Shown here: piece by piece, positions 1 through 11,494 of the stretch | How the letters are laid out: each line of letters opens with the position of its first letter | Numbering within the stretch: position 1 is the stretch's first letter | NCBI GenBank assembly: GCA_013265495.1 | Contig: MU058337.1 | Coordinates: 3,068,686 to 3,132,685 of the forward strand | DNA length: 64,000 bases | Source of the DNA: Vicugna vicugna | Taxonomy: Eukaryota | Direction: 5' to 3' | The notes under the pieces: generated by a model | What the model saw: the letters and a program-made list of their open reading frames with translations, nothing else | Databases searched by the model: none | Told to the model about the DNA's origin: nothing | Translations under genes and position numbers: made by a program

Positions 1-121
1 AAATCTTCAACAGTTGGCACAATTATTATGTTATGAGTTACTAGAAAGTTAAGCCTTGAGAAAAAGCTATGAAATCTGAACTGAGTCATACAAATGTTTG
101 TTAATTTTTTAAAAATGTATT

Positions 122-401
122 ATGATTAGTTATGCAGAGCATGATTTCATATAGTTGTTGACCATTTGTATGTTTTTGAAGAAACGTCTATTTAGAGTTT
201 TGGACTGCCTTTAAATTTTTTTGGATTATTTGCTTCTTGCTATTGAGTTGTGGGAGTTCATTATGTATGTTAGGTTATTAAATCTTTACCAGGCTTGCAA
301 ATATTCCTTCTAGTCTGTAGGTGGCCTTTTTACTTTGTTGTTTCCTTTGCTGTGCAAAAGCTTTTTGATTTGATGTAATCCCATTTGTCTATTTTTGCTT
401 T
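122..401 (-). mobile_element. L1 fragment (3' part of ORF2), antisense
   Basis: Reverse strand reads AAAGCAAAAATAGACAAATGGGATTACATCAAATCAAAAAGCTTTTGCACAGCAAAGGAAACA..., typical mammalian L1 ORF2 end; degenerate. Confidence 0.85.
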
Positions 402-630
402 AAAATTTGCTAAGATGTCAGATCCTATGTTAAGTGTTCTCACTATACATACTGAAAAAAAGTGTAAAGAAACATTTGGAGGTAATGGATAGGTTTATGG
501 AATTGATTGTGGTAATGGTTTCATGTGTGTAACTTATCTCCAAACTCATCACGTTGTGGACATTAAATATATACAGCTTTTTGTTATGTCAATCTTACCT
601 CAATAAAGTGATTTTTAAATAAATAAATGA
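402..630 (+). mobile_element. L1MA/L1MB-type 3' end with polyadenylation signal
   Basis: AAATTTGCTAAG...TTAAGTGTTCTCAC...GATTGTGGTAATGGTTTCA...TACCTCAATAAAG plus A-rich tail. Confidence 0.8.
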
Positions 631-1039
631 ACAAATCACTAAACAAAAGACACCAGGTGTCAGCCACCTCCCCCTAAAGCAGACTTTCTAAAGTGTTTAT
701 TTCTAAATATACCATTTATTTATTCTATGCTCTGTTTAGTTTCGAGAGAATTGAAATTAAACCGTTAATGTTTATGCCAAAAATTAACACAGAATTTTTA
801 GGATTTCAGGATTAATAATAGTATTGTCACTCAAACCCAGTTTATCAGAAAACTATCATTGCAAACTGACACTTTACATTTCAAGAACTATGTCACATAA
901 TTACAAATTCTTCTAAATATACACCAGTCTAATGGACAAGACTTAAATTACAGAAAACTCTTAAAATTAGTTTACAAAGCTACACTTGCTAGATTTTTCA
1001 ATATCTAAAAAAATACATCCTGCATAATTTTCTGAAGTT

Positions 1040-1300
1040 ACTGATTCCCCATCTGCAGATTCAACCAACCATAGATCAAAAAATATTCAAAAAAATTCAA
1101 GAAAGTTCCAAAAGGTAAAACTTGAATTTACTGTTCCAGCAACTATTTCATGGCTTTACATTTTAGTTACAACTAATTATAGAAGATTTACGTAACATTA
1201 GGTATTATACATACCACACCATTTTATATTACGTACTTGAGCATCCTCAGATGCTGGTATCCACAGGGGTCTTGGAACAAATCCCCTGCAGATACTGTAC
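1040..1300 (-). mobile_element. MER2/Tigger-family non-autonomous DNA transposon
   Basis: ATCTGCAGATTCAACCAACC...AAAACTTGAATTT...CTTGAGCATCCTCAGATGCTGGTATCCACAGGGGTCTTGGAACAAATCCCCTGCAGATAC resembles the reverse complement of the MER2 family. Confidence 0.8.
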
Positions 1301-2596
1301 TTTCCCTACAGGAAGGCTGTTATAAAGGTGTCAAGATATGTTTATAGATTTTTAGATAACCTAAGCAAGTAAATTAAATTAGGAAACCAACTGTGCTTAA
1401 GTTTAGTAAAATCTAGTCTGCTAGGCAAAATAGACTGCATCATCTTCCTTCCCCTCTGAGGACTTTTTGCTTCACTTCAAAGTGAATTCTTCACAGGTTA
1501 AATTCAAGTTTCAAAACGATGTATAGTAATTCTTGCCCTGATGACTGAATGTGATGAAATGCTCTTTCCCAAGACATTTAACTCACTTAAGCATAAGTGA
1601 TAAATGACTCTTCATTATATTGAAATCTGCTTTTGGCGGGAAAAGAGAGATTATTGATAAACCATTTATTAATGTACTACCATTAAAATGTAACCAATAG
1701 GGTAAAATGAGATATAAACGTCTATCACCAGTATATTCTTACATCGATAATATGAAGCCACTTACCTGCCTTTCTCACCCTCTTTATCCCCAGTATTTTC
1801 CTGTCTCTATCCATTAGTAAATAAATGACAGAAAGACAAGGGTTGTGACTTGATTATCAGGCAACCTGGCTAAGCCTAGACTTCTAAGGACTGTCACGTT
1901 GAGCTTCACTGAGCTGATTTCTGAAGTCATGCTCCCCCTGAGGTCCCAAGGTCTCCTGTTTATATGACCAATGTACAGCAATACATATATACAAATGTAC
2001 ATATGTATGTATATAAAGCATGGCTTGCTCACAAATAATCCTTTCAATAATTCATTATGAAATGCAATTTTAAATGCTCTTTTAAGTCACTTTCTCTTGC
2101 ATCGTAGGCTGTGTTCCATTTTGCTGTGTTTTGTGCATTGTCCAAACAAACATATTCCTCTTTAACATAAATCCTATTCTTTGTAATGATTAACTTTCAA
2201 GCTTGGTGTTTCAATTTCTGATTAGCTGTAAGACATCTCATAAATATTGACTAAGTCCACAGAATGAGGGTTCAGTGAAAGCGTTAAGAGTCAGAAAACA
2301 AAAAGATCGAGTTAGCTGTTGTTAAATTGAGAGCATTAATCCTAAAGGAAAGCATGCTAAAATTGAATGTATTGGCCACGTCACTTAGCATGGTGCCTAC
2401 ACTGTTGGTAGATTAATTATAAGTGTAAATCCACAAAAGGATGACTTAGTATTATTGCTAACTCATGTCTGGGGCAAATGTTTGGTCATTGTTTTCCTCT
2501 CCCTTCCTTTCTCCCTCATTCTTTCCTTCCCTTGCTTCCTTCTTCCCCATGTGACCTTCCTTGACAATATTTTTACATTTTCTGTCTCAAGTCCCC

Positions 2597-2820
2597 CAAT
2601 TTCACACTGTGGCGCTATTGTCATTTTGAGCCAGATGATTCTTTGCTGTGGTGGAGTCTGTCTTGTGCATTGCATGATGCTCAGCAGCATCCTTCATCTC
2701 TATCTACCAGATACCTGTAGCATCCATTCCCATTTAGGGCGACCAAACATGTGTCCAGATACTGTCACAGGTCTCATGGGAGGGGGGGGGCAAAGTCTCC
2801 CCAGATGGAGAATAACTTCT
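2597..2820 (-). mobile_element. MER20 (hAT-Charlie) DNA transposon
   Basis: GGCGCTATTGTCATTTTGAGCCAGATGATTCTTTGCTGTGG...CAGCAGCATCCTT...CCAGATACCTGTAGCA matches MER20 antisense as recalled. Confidence 0.8.
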
Positions 2821-3174
2821 TTAGGGCTTGGTGTTACTTGCTTCACCAAATGACAGAATAAAGTGCTCTTAATGAAAAAGAACCAAGGGAAGGTAGACTT
2901 CGGAGTAGAGATGGCTCTGGCGTCCAGTTATTTGGATTCCTGGAGGGTGTAGCTGGCTGCCGTTTTTAACGTTCGACCAAGGAATCAATGTTACAGACGT
3001 AATGCATTGCTTTGCGTCGGTGCAGACAGTGCCTTCCTCTATTCTTGCTTTGGGTGGAAAATATTGCACACACGCAGCATGGCAGCAGAAAGCATGGTAA
3101 GGCAATCAAACAAACTGTTGACTGTTCACAGGAAAGAAAAAGCCTTTGAAAAATAGTGGGTAGAAAGGAACACT

Positions 3175-3380
3175 GGCGTCATCTGTTTCTGTATCTGTGG
3201 TTCCGCATCCGCAGATTCAGCTGAGTATCAACTGGGCGAACCCCGCGAGACGAGCCCGCAGATACACAGGGTGGACTGTGCTGTGCTGTTTCATGCGTAA
3301 GAGTCTTGAGTGTCGGCAGATTTTGGAAATCACGGAGGTCCTGGAACGAATCCCGGGCAGTTACCCAGGGAGGGCTGTAT
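3175..3380 (-). mobile_element. short MER2/Tigger-family MITE, CpG-rich
   Basis: GTATCTGTGGTTCCGCATCCGCAGATTCA at one end and GATTTTGG...GGTCCTGGAACGAATCCC...GAGGGCTGTA at the other. Confidence 0.7.
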
Positions 3381-6300
3381 TTACCCTTCCTTCTTCCTGC
3401 TCACCCTTAGAACATTCTTCTAAACCGCAAAGTTCCTTAGCACAGTCCAGACACCAGCCAAGCATTAATGCCGTTTTGATTATGAAGCTGTTTCTGCAAC
3501 TGTCATCAAGTCCATTAAATTTCATTTGACTTGAGAAGTCTTTTGTGGCAAAGTTTTTACCTAAGAATCTTCGCTAAATTTGTTTTAGAGAGCACTGGAA
3601 TACTTATCTAACCAGTTTATTCTCTTGAGCCACTTTGTGGGCTATTTCTATACACTTTGGAAAGAATAGATTGTACTTTTCTTCCAAGAAAAACCTTTAC
3701 CTTAGGTCCCCTGTGAAGGAAAGACCGATAATTGGCTAAATATATCCTACCTAGTGTGAAAAGTTCCTTACAATATGCATAAAAGATCCCTGTGTAAAAT
3801 CAGTGGGAAACGAGTGCATGGCTCAGAATTAATTCATCTCATCCAATGAAGTCTGGATACAAATAGGATTTGTTTCAGGTAATGAAATCAAACCTCCATA
3901 TTCAATGTAAGGATTGATAATGAAGACTTCCTACATTTAAACATGTAATGTGTGTATATGTACATATGTGTTTGTGTGTGATGTATGTTTAAATTTACAT
4001 ACATAGAAAGATCAATTCTGTTCAGACTTAATGAAAAATAGCAACTGTACACTTCATAAAGTTACATAAATTCAGTATGCCTAGAAAATGCTACAATTTA
4101 TTTGAGAATATCTCTCAGAATAAAATAAAAGATTATCCCCTGCTACTGTTTTGAAATATAGGGAAAAAATATAATTTAATTAGGCATATTATGGCTGGGA
4201 GACCCATAGTAAAAAAAAAAAAGCATTACTTGAAAAACAGCATACTAATTAAAATAACTAAAGAATATACTGTTTATAAAATTAATAAAGTATCTTTTTT
4301 TCTTTTTCTGATATGGCACTTCTTAGATGAGATCAAAATGTAACAAACAAGTTGCCTTTACAGTTGGAAAAATGTGTATAGTGCATTTTATTAATGAGCT
4401 GCATTAGTGATACTATCATTACCTCCAGAGGACAGGTAAACAGATTTTTGTAGGGTGATTTAAATAAACAAAAAGAGAAAAAAGTCTTCTCAATCTTTCC
4501 TGGCAATAGTCATCTGAATAACTCTCCCATTTTCCACTGACTGCATCTGCCTTTTTCCACCAAAGAATTTCATATCCATTGCTGTAAATCATTATTTAAC
4601 ATCAATTCCTTCACTACAGGATACAAATTTCAGGCTCTGTGCATATAGAGTGCTGACATTTATTTGCTGAGATTTATATTCATTTAAAAAGTGTAGCTGT
4701 CAACGTCTGAGAATCATTTTGACTGCATATCTGACTTGAGATTTTGTTTCTTCGCTATATAAAAAAGCCCACGGCAAACTAAGAAATCTGGCACTTTGTA
4801 AAAATGCATACATAATTCTGTCTCTTTTTGCTTCTGAAGTCTTAGTTGTTTTTTTAAAGGGGATGTGTGTATAATGTCAGTGGAAGAAAAATTGAATTAG
4901 AGATCGCTATAATTATCTATTAAGAGGAAATGGTAAATTCATTTTTTTATTTGAAATGCACTTGCAGTGATCATTAAGAATTGGTGTTTAAAATTTTTCT
5001 TTATTTAATAGAACACTAATTATTTAATAGACCTAAAAATAGCACCACTTTATGTATTGAAGACTACTACATAAATTTTTTAAAATCAAAAATAATGAAG
5101 GCATCGGGTCCTTTGTAAAAAATACTTGGCAAGTATCTTAAGTTTTGTAGATATTACATACTAAGCAGCAGAACTGAAGGTTCAGCAGCTCATATACAAT
5201 TTATAGCATATACTTGGATCAGAATTTTTAATGTCCCCTATTTCTTCTAATTTTGTTAGCCCTATCAGAGATGCTGTATTTTCAAATATTCTTTCTTCAA
5301 AACTCCCATTGACTTGCATTCAAAAGGCACCTGAAAGAGAATATGGACATCTCGGTAGGGAAGTTAGGATTCCTTGAGCTGGTAATGTTGTCAGTGGTGA
5401 GATTCGGGGTGTTTTCTGCGTCTCATTTGGAATGGAAGTGGTTGATGGAATAACTAGAAATAATTTTATCTTAGAAAACTGAAAATCAGTAATAAGAAAA
5501 TAATGAGTAAGGATGACGTAAGTTCCCACTAGTAGTGCTCAGCATTCACTATGCCCATCTTAACGGTGGTATTTGCTAATTTTAACCAGTTATAAATATT
5601 TAAAACCCTTTTGTATGTAAAAGGGTTTTTTTAATACTATAAATTGGAAAATTTTAAATGTAGTGGGTTTTATTTTGTTTGTTTGTATTTCTTTTACTAG
5701 AGTAATGTTGTTTTAAGAGGAAGAAATAAAGAAAAAAAAAGACGGGGTGTGGTCATGCTAGAATATTCTATTTAGACCATGATTAAATTGTACCAAGACA
5801 ACATGAAATGATTGTATATTCAGATATAAAAATCTTCATAAGAAAGGCTATCATAAAAAAGTTATTTTTAAATGACAATGGATGGAAATCAATGAAAATA
5901 AATCAATTGATATTTCTATGGGATATACTTAGGTAACATAATATCTTTAATATCTCATACCAAACTGTTTATAACATTAAAAAAAATATATTTTCCCAAA
6001 GGTGGCATTACAAATAAACCAAACTAAGATATGTACATTTATTAGATATCAAATATGGAAATTCCTGCATTACAATTGCATTCTTTTGCAATAAAATATT
6101 TTATACTTTATATTTTTTAAAAGATAAGATATTTCACCAATATTCATAATACCCAAACCATTGGTTTTAAGCTCTAGATGGAGAGGTGACTTTTTAAAAT
6201 AGTAATAAAGAAATGTTGGAGGATGTAGGGGTACTTTAACACCTGCAAACATGTTGAGGGAGGAAGGAAATCATTGCAAAGGAAATTCCTTCACAGTGCC

Positions 6301-7089
6301 TAGTCCCTTCAAAGCCTTCAGACCACTGTCTTCACAAAGCAACCATCCAAGCATCGCCAGCTTTAAAGACTACTTCTCACCACTGGTTTAGTTCACCCGA
6401 TCAAACATGGCTTTACTTTTATGCCTCTCCTCTCTTTATAATGTATCTAAAAAGATTAATTGGTCTATAGTAACATTCATTGAAATGCTGGAGTGCTAAT
6501 TGCAAATCACATTCAAGAACATCTTAATGGTTGGTCTGGCCATCGCACGCTAATTGAAATTTAAGTGAAATGGTGGGAAAAGTAATATGGTCTATTAAAA
6601 AAGTGAAATTTGAGACCACTCAATGCTGACTGGCTAAGTATGTCTTGGCACTCAGAAGTTGAATTATTGTGTGCCATAATCAGTCTATTTCATTTTTTTC
6701 TAGAAGAATATTGAGAAGAAAAATTGAGAAAGCTGAGGGATTGGGTGAGTCATTAATGTAGTTCATTTATATACATTTAGTCACTTATTACTGATAACTT
6801 CTATTCATTATGTATTTATATAGCATCTGTTTATCTGTTTAGAAGTACATCTAACAGTTCTTTCCGGAACTCTACCTCTAGCTGTATACCAGGCTCGGTG
6901 CTTGGTGCAGAAGTTGTCTGGGTGAACAAAAGTGACACACTTTCTGTCACTGCAAGTTCACAGTCTTGTGGCAAAAAATGAATGCTTGATTTTAGTAAAG
7001 TGTAATAAATTATTAAAAGAAGAAGGACAGGATTTGCTTTATTCAGTGCGAGTGGAGACCGAGTCTCTTAACAATCTGGTAAGAACTAC

Positions 7090-7280
7090 AGTTCGTTGAT
7101 TGCCTACTTTACGCTGTAGTTGTGATAAATAATTTTATTTCAAAGCAAACAAACAAAACACACAAGCAGTGTGTCATTATTATCCCCATTTAATATATGA
7201 GAGAATTGAAGTTTACGTGTACAAGCAACTTTTTCAAGATGAGAAAACAATGAAGTGGCAATGCTAGAATTTTAATATTA
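7090..7280 (-). mobile_element. MIR fragment
   Basis: ATTATTATCCCCATTTAATATATGAGAGAATTGAAG is a degenerate MIR core. Confidence 0.55.
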
Positions 7281-7684
7281 GAGTGGCATCAAATATAATT
7301 GCCTATACTTACAGTTTTCGAGTTTGTCTCTAAAAAAGATGCATCAGACTTCCTAATTTCATTGTTGTTTCCTAGTAAGTCAAAGTCTTATTGTACATCT
7401 CTTATTTATTTAGTGAATTTAGCTATCAACTCTTGATGAAAATATTATGCTGTGTAAATTCTTAACTCAGTCTTCTCTAAATTCATAAGAACTTAACTAT
7501 TAAAAATACTGTGCATTTTCTTTCCTGCATTTCCATCTACTTTGTCATCCTTCTTTCCATCTCAGTTAGTTTCCTCTGACATACCCAGTTTTTACCTTGT
7601 CAATGCCTTTCTTTTTTAATGCATTTATACCATGCAGGGTATATAAATATTAGAATGTAGACTCAGCTTTAAGAAGTTTATGAT

Positions 7685-7840
7685 TGGGGGAGGAGGGTAG
7701 AGCTCAATGGTAGAGTGCATGCTTAGCATGCACAAGGTCCTGGGTTCAATCGCCTGGTACCTCCACTAAAAATAATAACTAAGTAAACCTAATTACCTCC
7801 CCACCTCAGAATATAAATAAATAAACAAATAAATTAAAAA
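7685..7840 (+). mobile_element. camelid tRNA(Ala)-derived SINE (Vic-1 type)
   Basis: GGGGGAGGAGGGTAGAGCTCAATGGTAGAGTGCATGCTTAGCATGCACAAGGTCCTGGGTTCAATC (A and B boxes), AAACCTAATTACCTCCCC, A-rich tail; perfect 14-bp TSD AAGAAGTTTATGAT at 7671-7684 and 7841-7854. Confidence 0.92.
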
Positions 7841-7867
7841 AAGAAGTTTATGATCTACTAAAAGGAA

Positions 7868-7930
7868 ATATATACATACACACACACACACATATACACA
7901 CACGCACACACATATATACATATACACATA
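7868..7930. repeat. compound (TA)/(CA) microsatellite
   Basis: ATATATACATACACACACACACACATATACACACACGCACACACATATATACATATACACATA. Confidence 0.85.
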
Positions 7931-7989
7931 TTCATAAACGACTATAACATCTAAAACTGTTGGTGGCTTTGACAGGGAGTCAGAAACAA

Positions 7990-8790
7990 GAAATAGACCT
8001 AATAGGAAGGGAAGAGTTAAATCCACTTGGAATGTGAACATGACATCATGGAAGAGTAAGATGGTAAGAATGTTGTCAAACCAAGGCTAAATGGAGAGTT
8101 ACTGAGGCATATGCAACAGCCCAGGACAGTGCAGAAGGCAGTGACAGGGCACAGGATGTCAAGAAAAGGATTTTTTGAAAATAAAACAATAGGCTAAGTA
8201 AATGAAGGTGAGGGACCTCTAAAAACTCAATCCTGGCTTAATTGATCAAGTATTGGTGCCAAGATAGAAATGGGGTAACCTGGAAGATACTGGATAGATT
8301 TGGTAAAAATAGCATGTTTTATTTTGACCCAAATTGAATTAAATTGAAGAAAAACAGACCATGGGGCTTGAGAGAGACTAAGAGCTGGAGTTAAGTATTT
8401 GGTTTTCAACTACACTGGTTGTATTTAAAACTACAGGGATGGAAAGGAGTGCTGAAGAAATTAGTTTAGATAAAGAGGTCAAAGGGCATTCTAGGGGAAA
8501 ATATCTAAGAGGTAAAAAAGAAATATTGCCAGTAAGGAATATACAGTCAAAATTTAGGATATTAGGGGGGAAAATCCTTATTATAGAAACTAGGGAGGAA
8601 AACAGTTCAAGAAAAAAAAAGGATGGTCAACAGCAGTACATGTAGGTTGATCAAGAAGGATGAGGGCTGTGGGGGGGAAGGAATATGTTGGTCAGTAGGT
8701 CATTGGTAATGTTTGTGGGTAATTTCAGTAGAGTTATAGGGCCAAATGCCAGACCAAAAGTTATTGTGGAGTGTTTGTATGACAAAGACA
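7990..8790 (-). mobile_element. old L2 fragment
   Basis: Purine-rich degenerate L2 motifs (GGATGGTCAACAG..., GGTCATTGGTAATG..., TTTCAGTAGAG...GCCAGAC). Confidence 0.55.
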
Positions 8791-10964
8791 AAAAAATCAA
8801 ATTTATAAGTAGTAAATAAACTGAATGAATAGTCTCATTAATTATGTATGTGCTATTTTTTAAGTTAAAAATTATTTTCCAAGGAAGGGACCATGCCTGT
8901 CTAATTCAATTTTATGGTGTCTCTAACACGATATTGGACTACTAGGTGCAATGGATAATCATGATAAATGACATTGGGGAAAAAATTAATATGTTTGGAG
9001 AAAGTCTTGTGGAATTACTGTGTTGACTATCCTAGGGGTTAAGGGTTCAAAACCCAGCTGTTTGGCAACTGCCAGAGCCAACCATCTATGAGTTAGGGTT
9101 TAGAATTTGCATTGCAAATAACCACCTGGTAATGATAGTTACCATTTGCCATTTCTTACACATTACACATAATGGATTGCCTGGGAAAGGCCAAGTATTC
9201 AACAGGCAGGAAGCTAAAACTGTGTCTGAATTTTCAGGCCAGAATGAAAAATGTACCCATATTTTCAATACAATTTTAAATTATGGAAATGTCTCTCCTA
9301 TCACATATTTTAAATGTTTGGTTTTTCTTTATAACCTTAAATCTTTTTGAGAAATTTCCCAACTCTCTACTAAAGCCCTTTAATAAAAATGTTGCTTTTA
9401 ATCATTGTTCCAGCTAGGTTTTTCTTTCTAATCATCCTCTTGCCAAAGAATCCAAACAAAATTAATTTCCCTTGAAACTCTTCCTCTCGGCCTTCACTGT
9501 CATATTTAACTCTGAAATGATTAACAGATGCCAATTATGGAAGTTCTTCCCAAATGAAACTTTGGATGCATTTTAAAATAAATGAGAAGAATTACTTCTC
9601 AATTCAGTAAAAACAAATACTGACACTTGTTTTCAGGTCTTTCATTAATTTAAAAGAGTCTGTTATATTAAGAGCAGTAATGAAGCCAATTTGGGGAACC
9701 ATGTAAGGCAAATTCTGATCTATCCCATTTCCTATTTCATACTTGTAAGATGTGATTGAATTTAAAAGTGATAAAAAGGAATACCTTGAGATTTAATGTC
9801 TCAGGATTTTACTGATAAATCTACACAAGGTTGAGTACTCATCTGAATAACTGACTCAAAACAACATAATTGATGCGTGAAAAGGTCTAATCCACAATAT
9901 GTCCTTTCACGATGCTCATATCGAAAGTCTCTTCTAATTATGTTTAATGACTCCTTTATATTCATTCACAGGATTTAGCCACTTAGTAATATGTGCAGTA
10001 AATTTGAAGAAACATAGCAAAATATTGTGAGCAAGCTGTTTTCTAGAAATAAAATATTCTTCCATATTTTTAGGCTAAGGGTATTATTCAAGGTTCTGTC
10101 ATATTTTATTTCCCTAGTAAGTTTAGGTAAATTAAATATAGAGATATTATGAACTCATATGTGTCAAACAACCCCACTGAGAAATAAAGGAGGTTTCCAG
10201 AATTCAACTTTATTATTATCTGGCTATTGGTAGGAAAAGGAAAAAAATATGAAAACAGTTATCTTCTACTTTATGACAATGTCAAGTGATTTGAAAAAAG
10301 CAATTAGGTGGTTGATTGAGAGAATCGTATAGAAAGAACAAAGTAAGAGAGAGTTGTTTAAAAACCAGAATTCTGATTACTTATAGATAAGCCATAATCT
10401 CTACTCATGTCTTAGTGCAGTGCTTAACAACTTGAAGAAATAAGTTAAGTAAATTTAGAACTAGAAAATATAATTTTGTATGAAATATTATTAGCTATTT
10501 AAGTAAAAATTTTGATTTATATAAACTTAATTTATAGAGCTATTTGTTAATTTATGCAGATTATCAGTTAGGAGGCCCATAGAGCACTTAAACAACTTGC
10601 CTTCCTACATTTCATTTCCGTTAAAAATTTCATTAGAAGACTCAAGTTCTGGGAAGTTCAAAATATACTTATTAATTAAAAATTATTTATGGAGACCCAT
10701 TAATATATAGTCATTTTGCTATATGCATAAGAGAAAAAAATATGGTAAAAGATTTTGAAGTAGTCTGGGGGAAAGGCAACATGAACAGTGCAAAACAGAG
10801 TATAATCAAAGCTAAATATAGAGCATTATGGCAATGTAGAAAAAGGAAAAGGCTCCTTTTGAAAACCCAGCCATTTGAGGTTTCTGTGCACATTTCCTAG
10901 TATAGTTGCTTAATAATTCCTCTCTCATTGAGGATTTTCTTCCATAGGTTGACTTTGGCTTCCC

Positions 10965-11300
10965 TATTCTATCGGTCAGGGTTCTGCAAGAAAGCAAAAC
11001 TCAAAAGAGCCATCATGGGCACATGAAGCAATGCCAAGTTTATTTACTGGTTTAAGATGCTACTAAACAAATAGAACAGCTGATGTTCCTGGAGGCCAGA
11101 AGCTACCTTCACAAGTGGGAGATGGAAAATGAAATTATGGTAGACCTGACCACAGAACAAAGAAAATAGAGAAGGGCAGAAATTCCTGGATTCTCTCCTT
11201 CTTTTACTCCAGTTTTTCAACAGTGCCTCCCATTTACTGAACTTTCCATTATGAATGGAAGCGGAAAGGAGGCGAAGATCAGGGTGGACAAGGAATCAAT
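10965..11300 (-). mobile_element. ERVL LTR33-like fragment
   Basis: Starts near TATCGGTCAGGGTTC; contains CAGTGCCTCCCATTTACTGAAC resembling LTR33 antisense. Confidence 0.45.
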
Positions 11301-11494
11301 TAACTTAAGCACAAACAAGCCAATGACTCTAAATTTGAAATGTGGACTTGGTTCTCTGGGAGAAATGATCTGTGATAGACTCTGTTTCCTAGTGATTGTA
11401 GCAAATATAGAGTATGTTCTTTTACCCATATATATATTTTTTTCATTTCTTTTTCTCTTTTTTAGAATTGGTCTTAGAGAATCTAAAAAAATTT

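Noticed and set aside
7686..7770. tRNA-Ala gene
   Set aside because: It is the head of a SINE with tail and TSDs, not a standalone tRNA.
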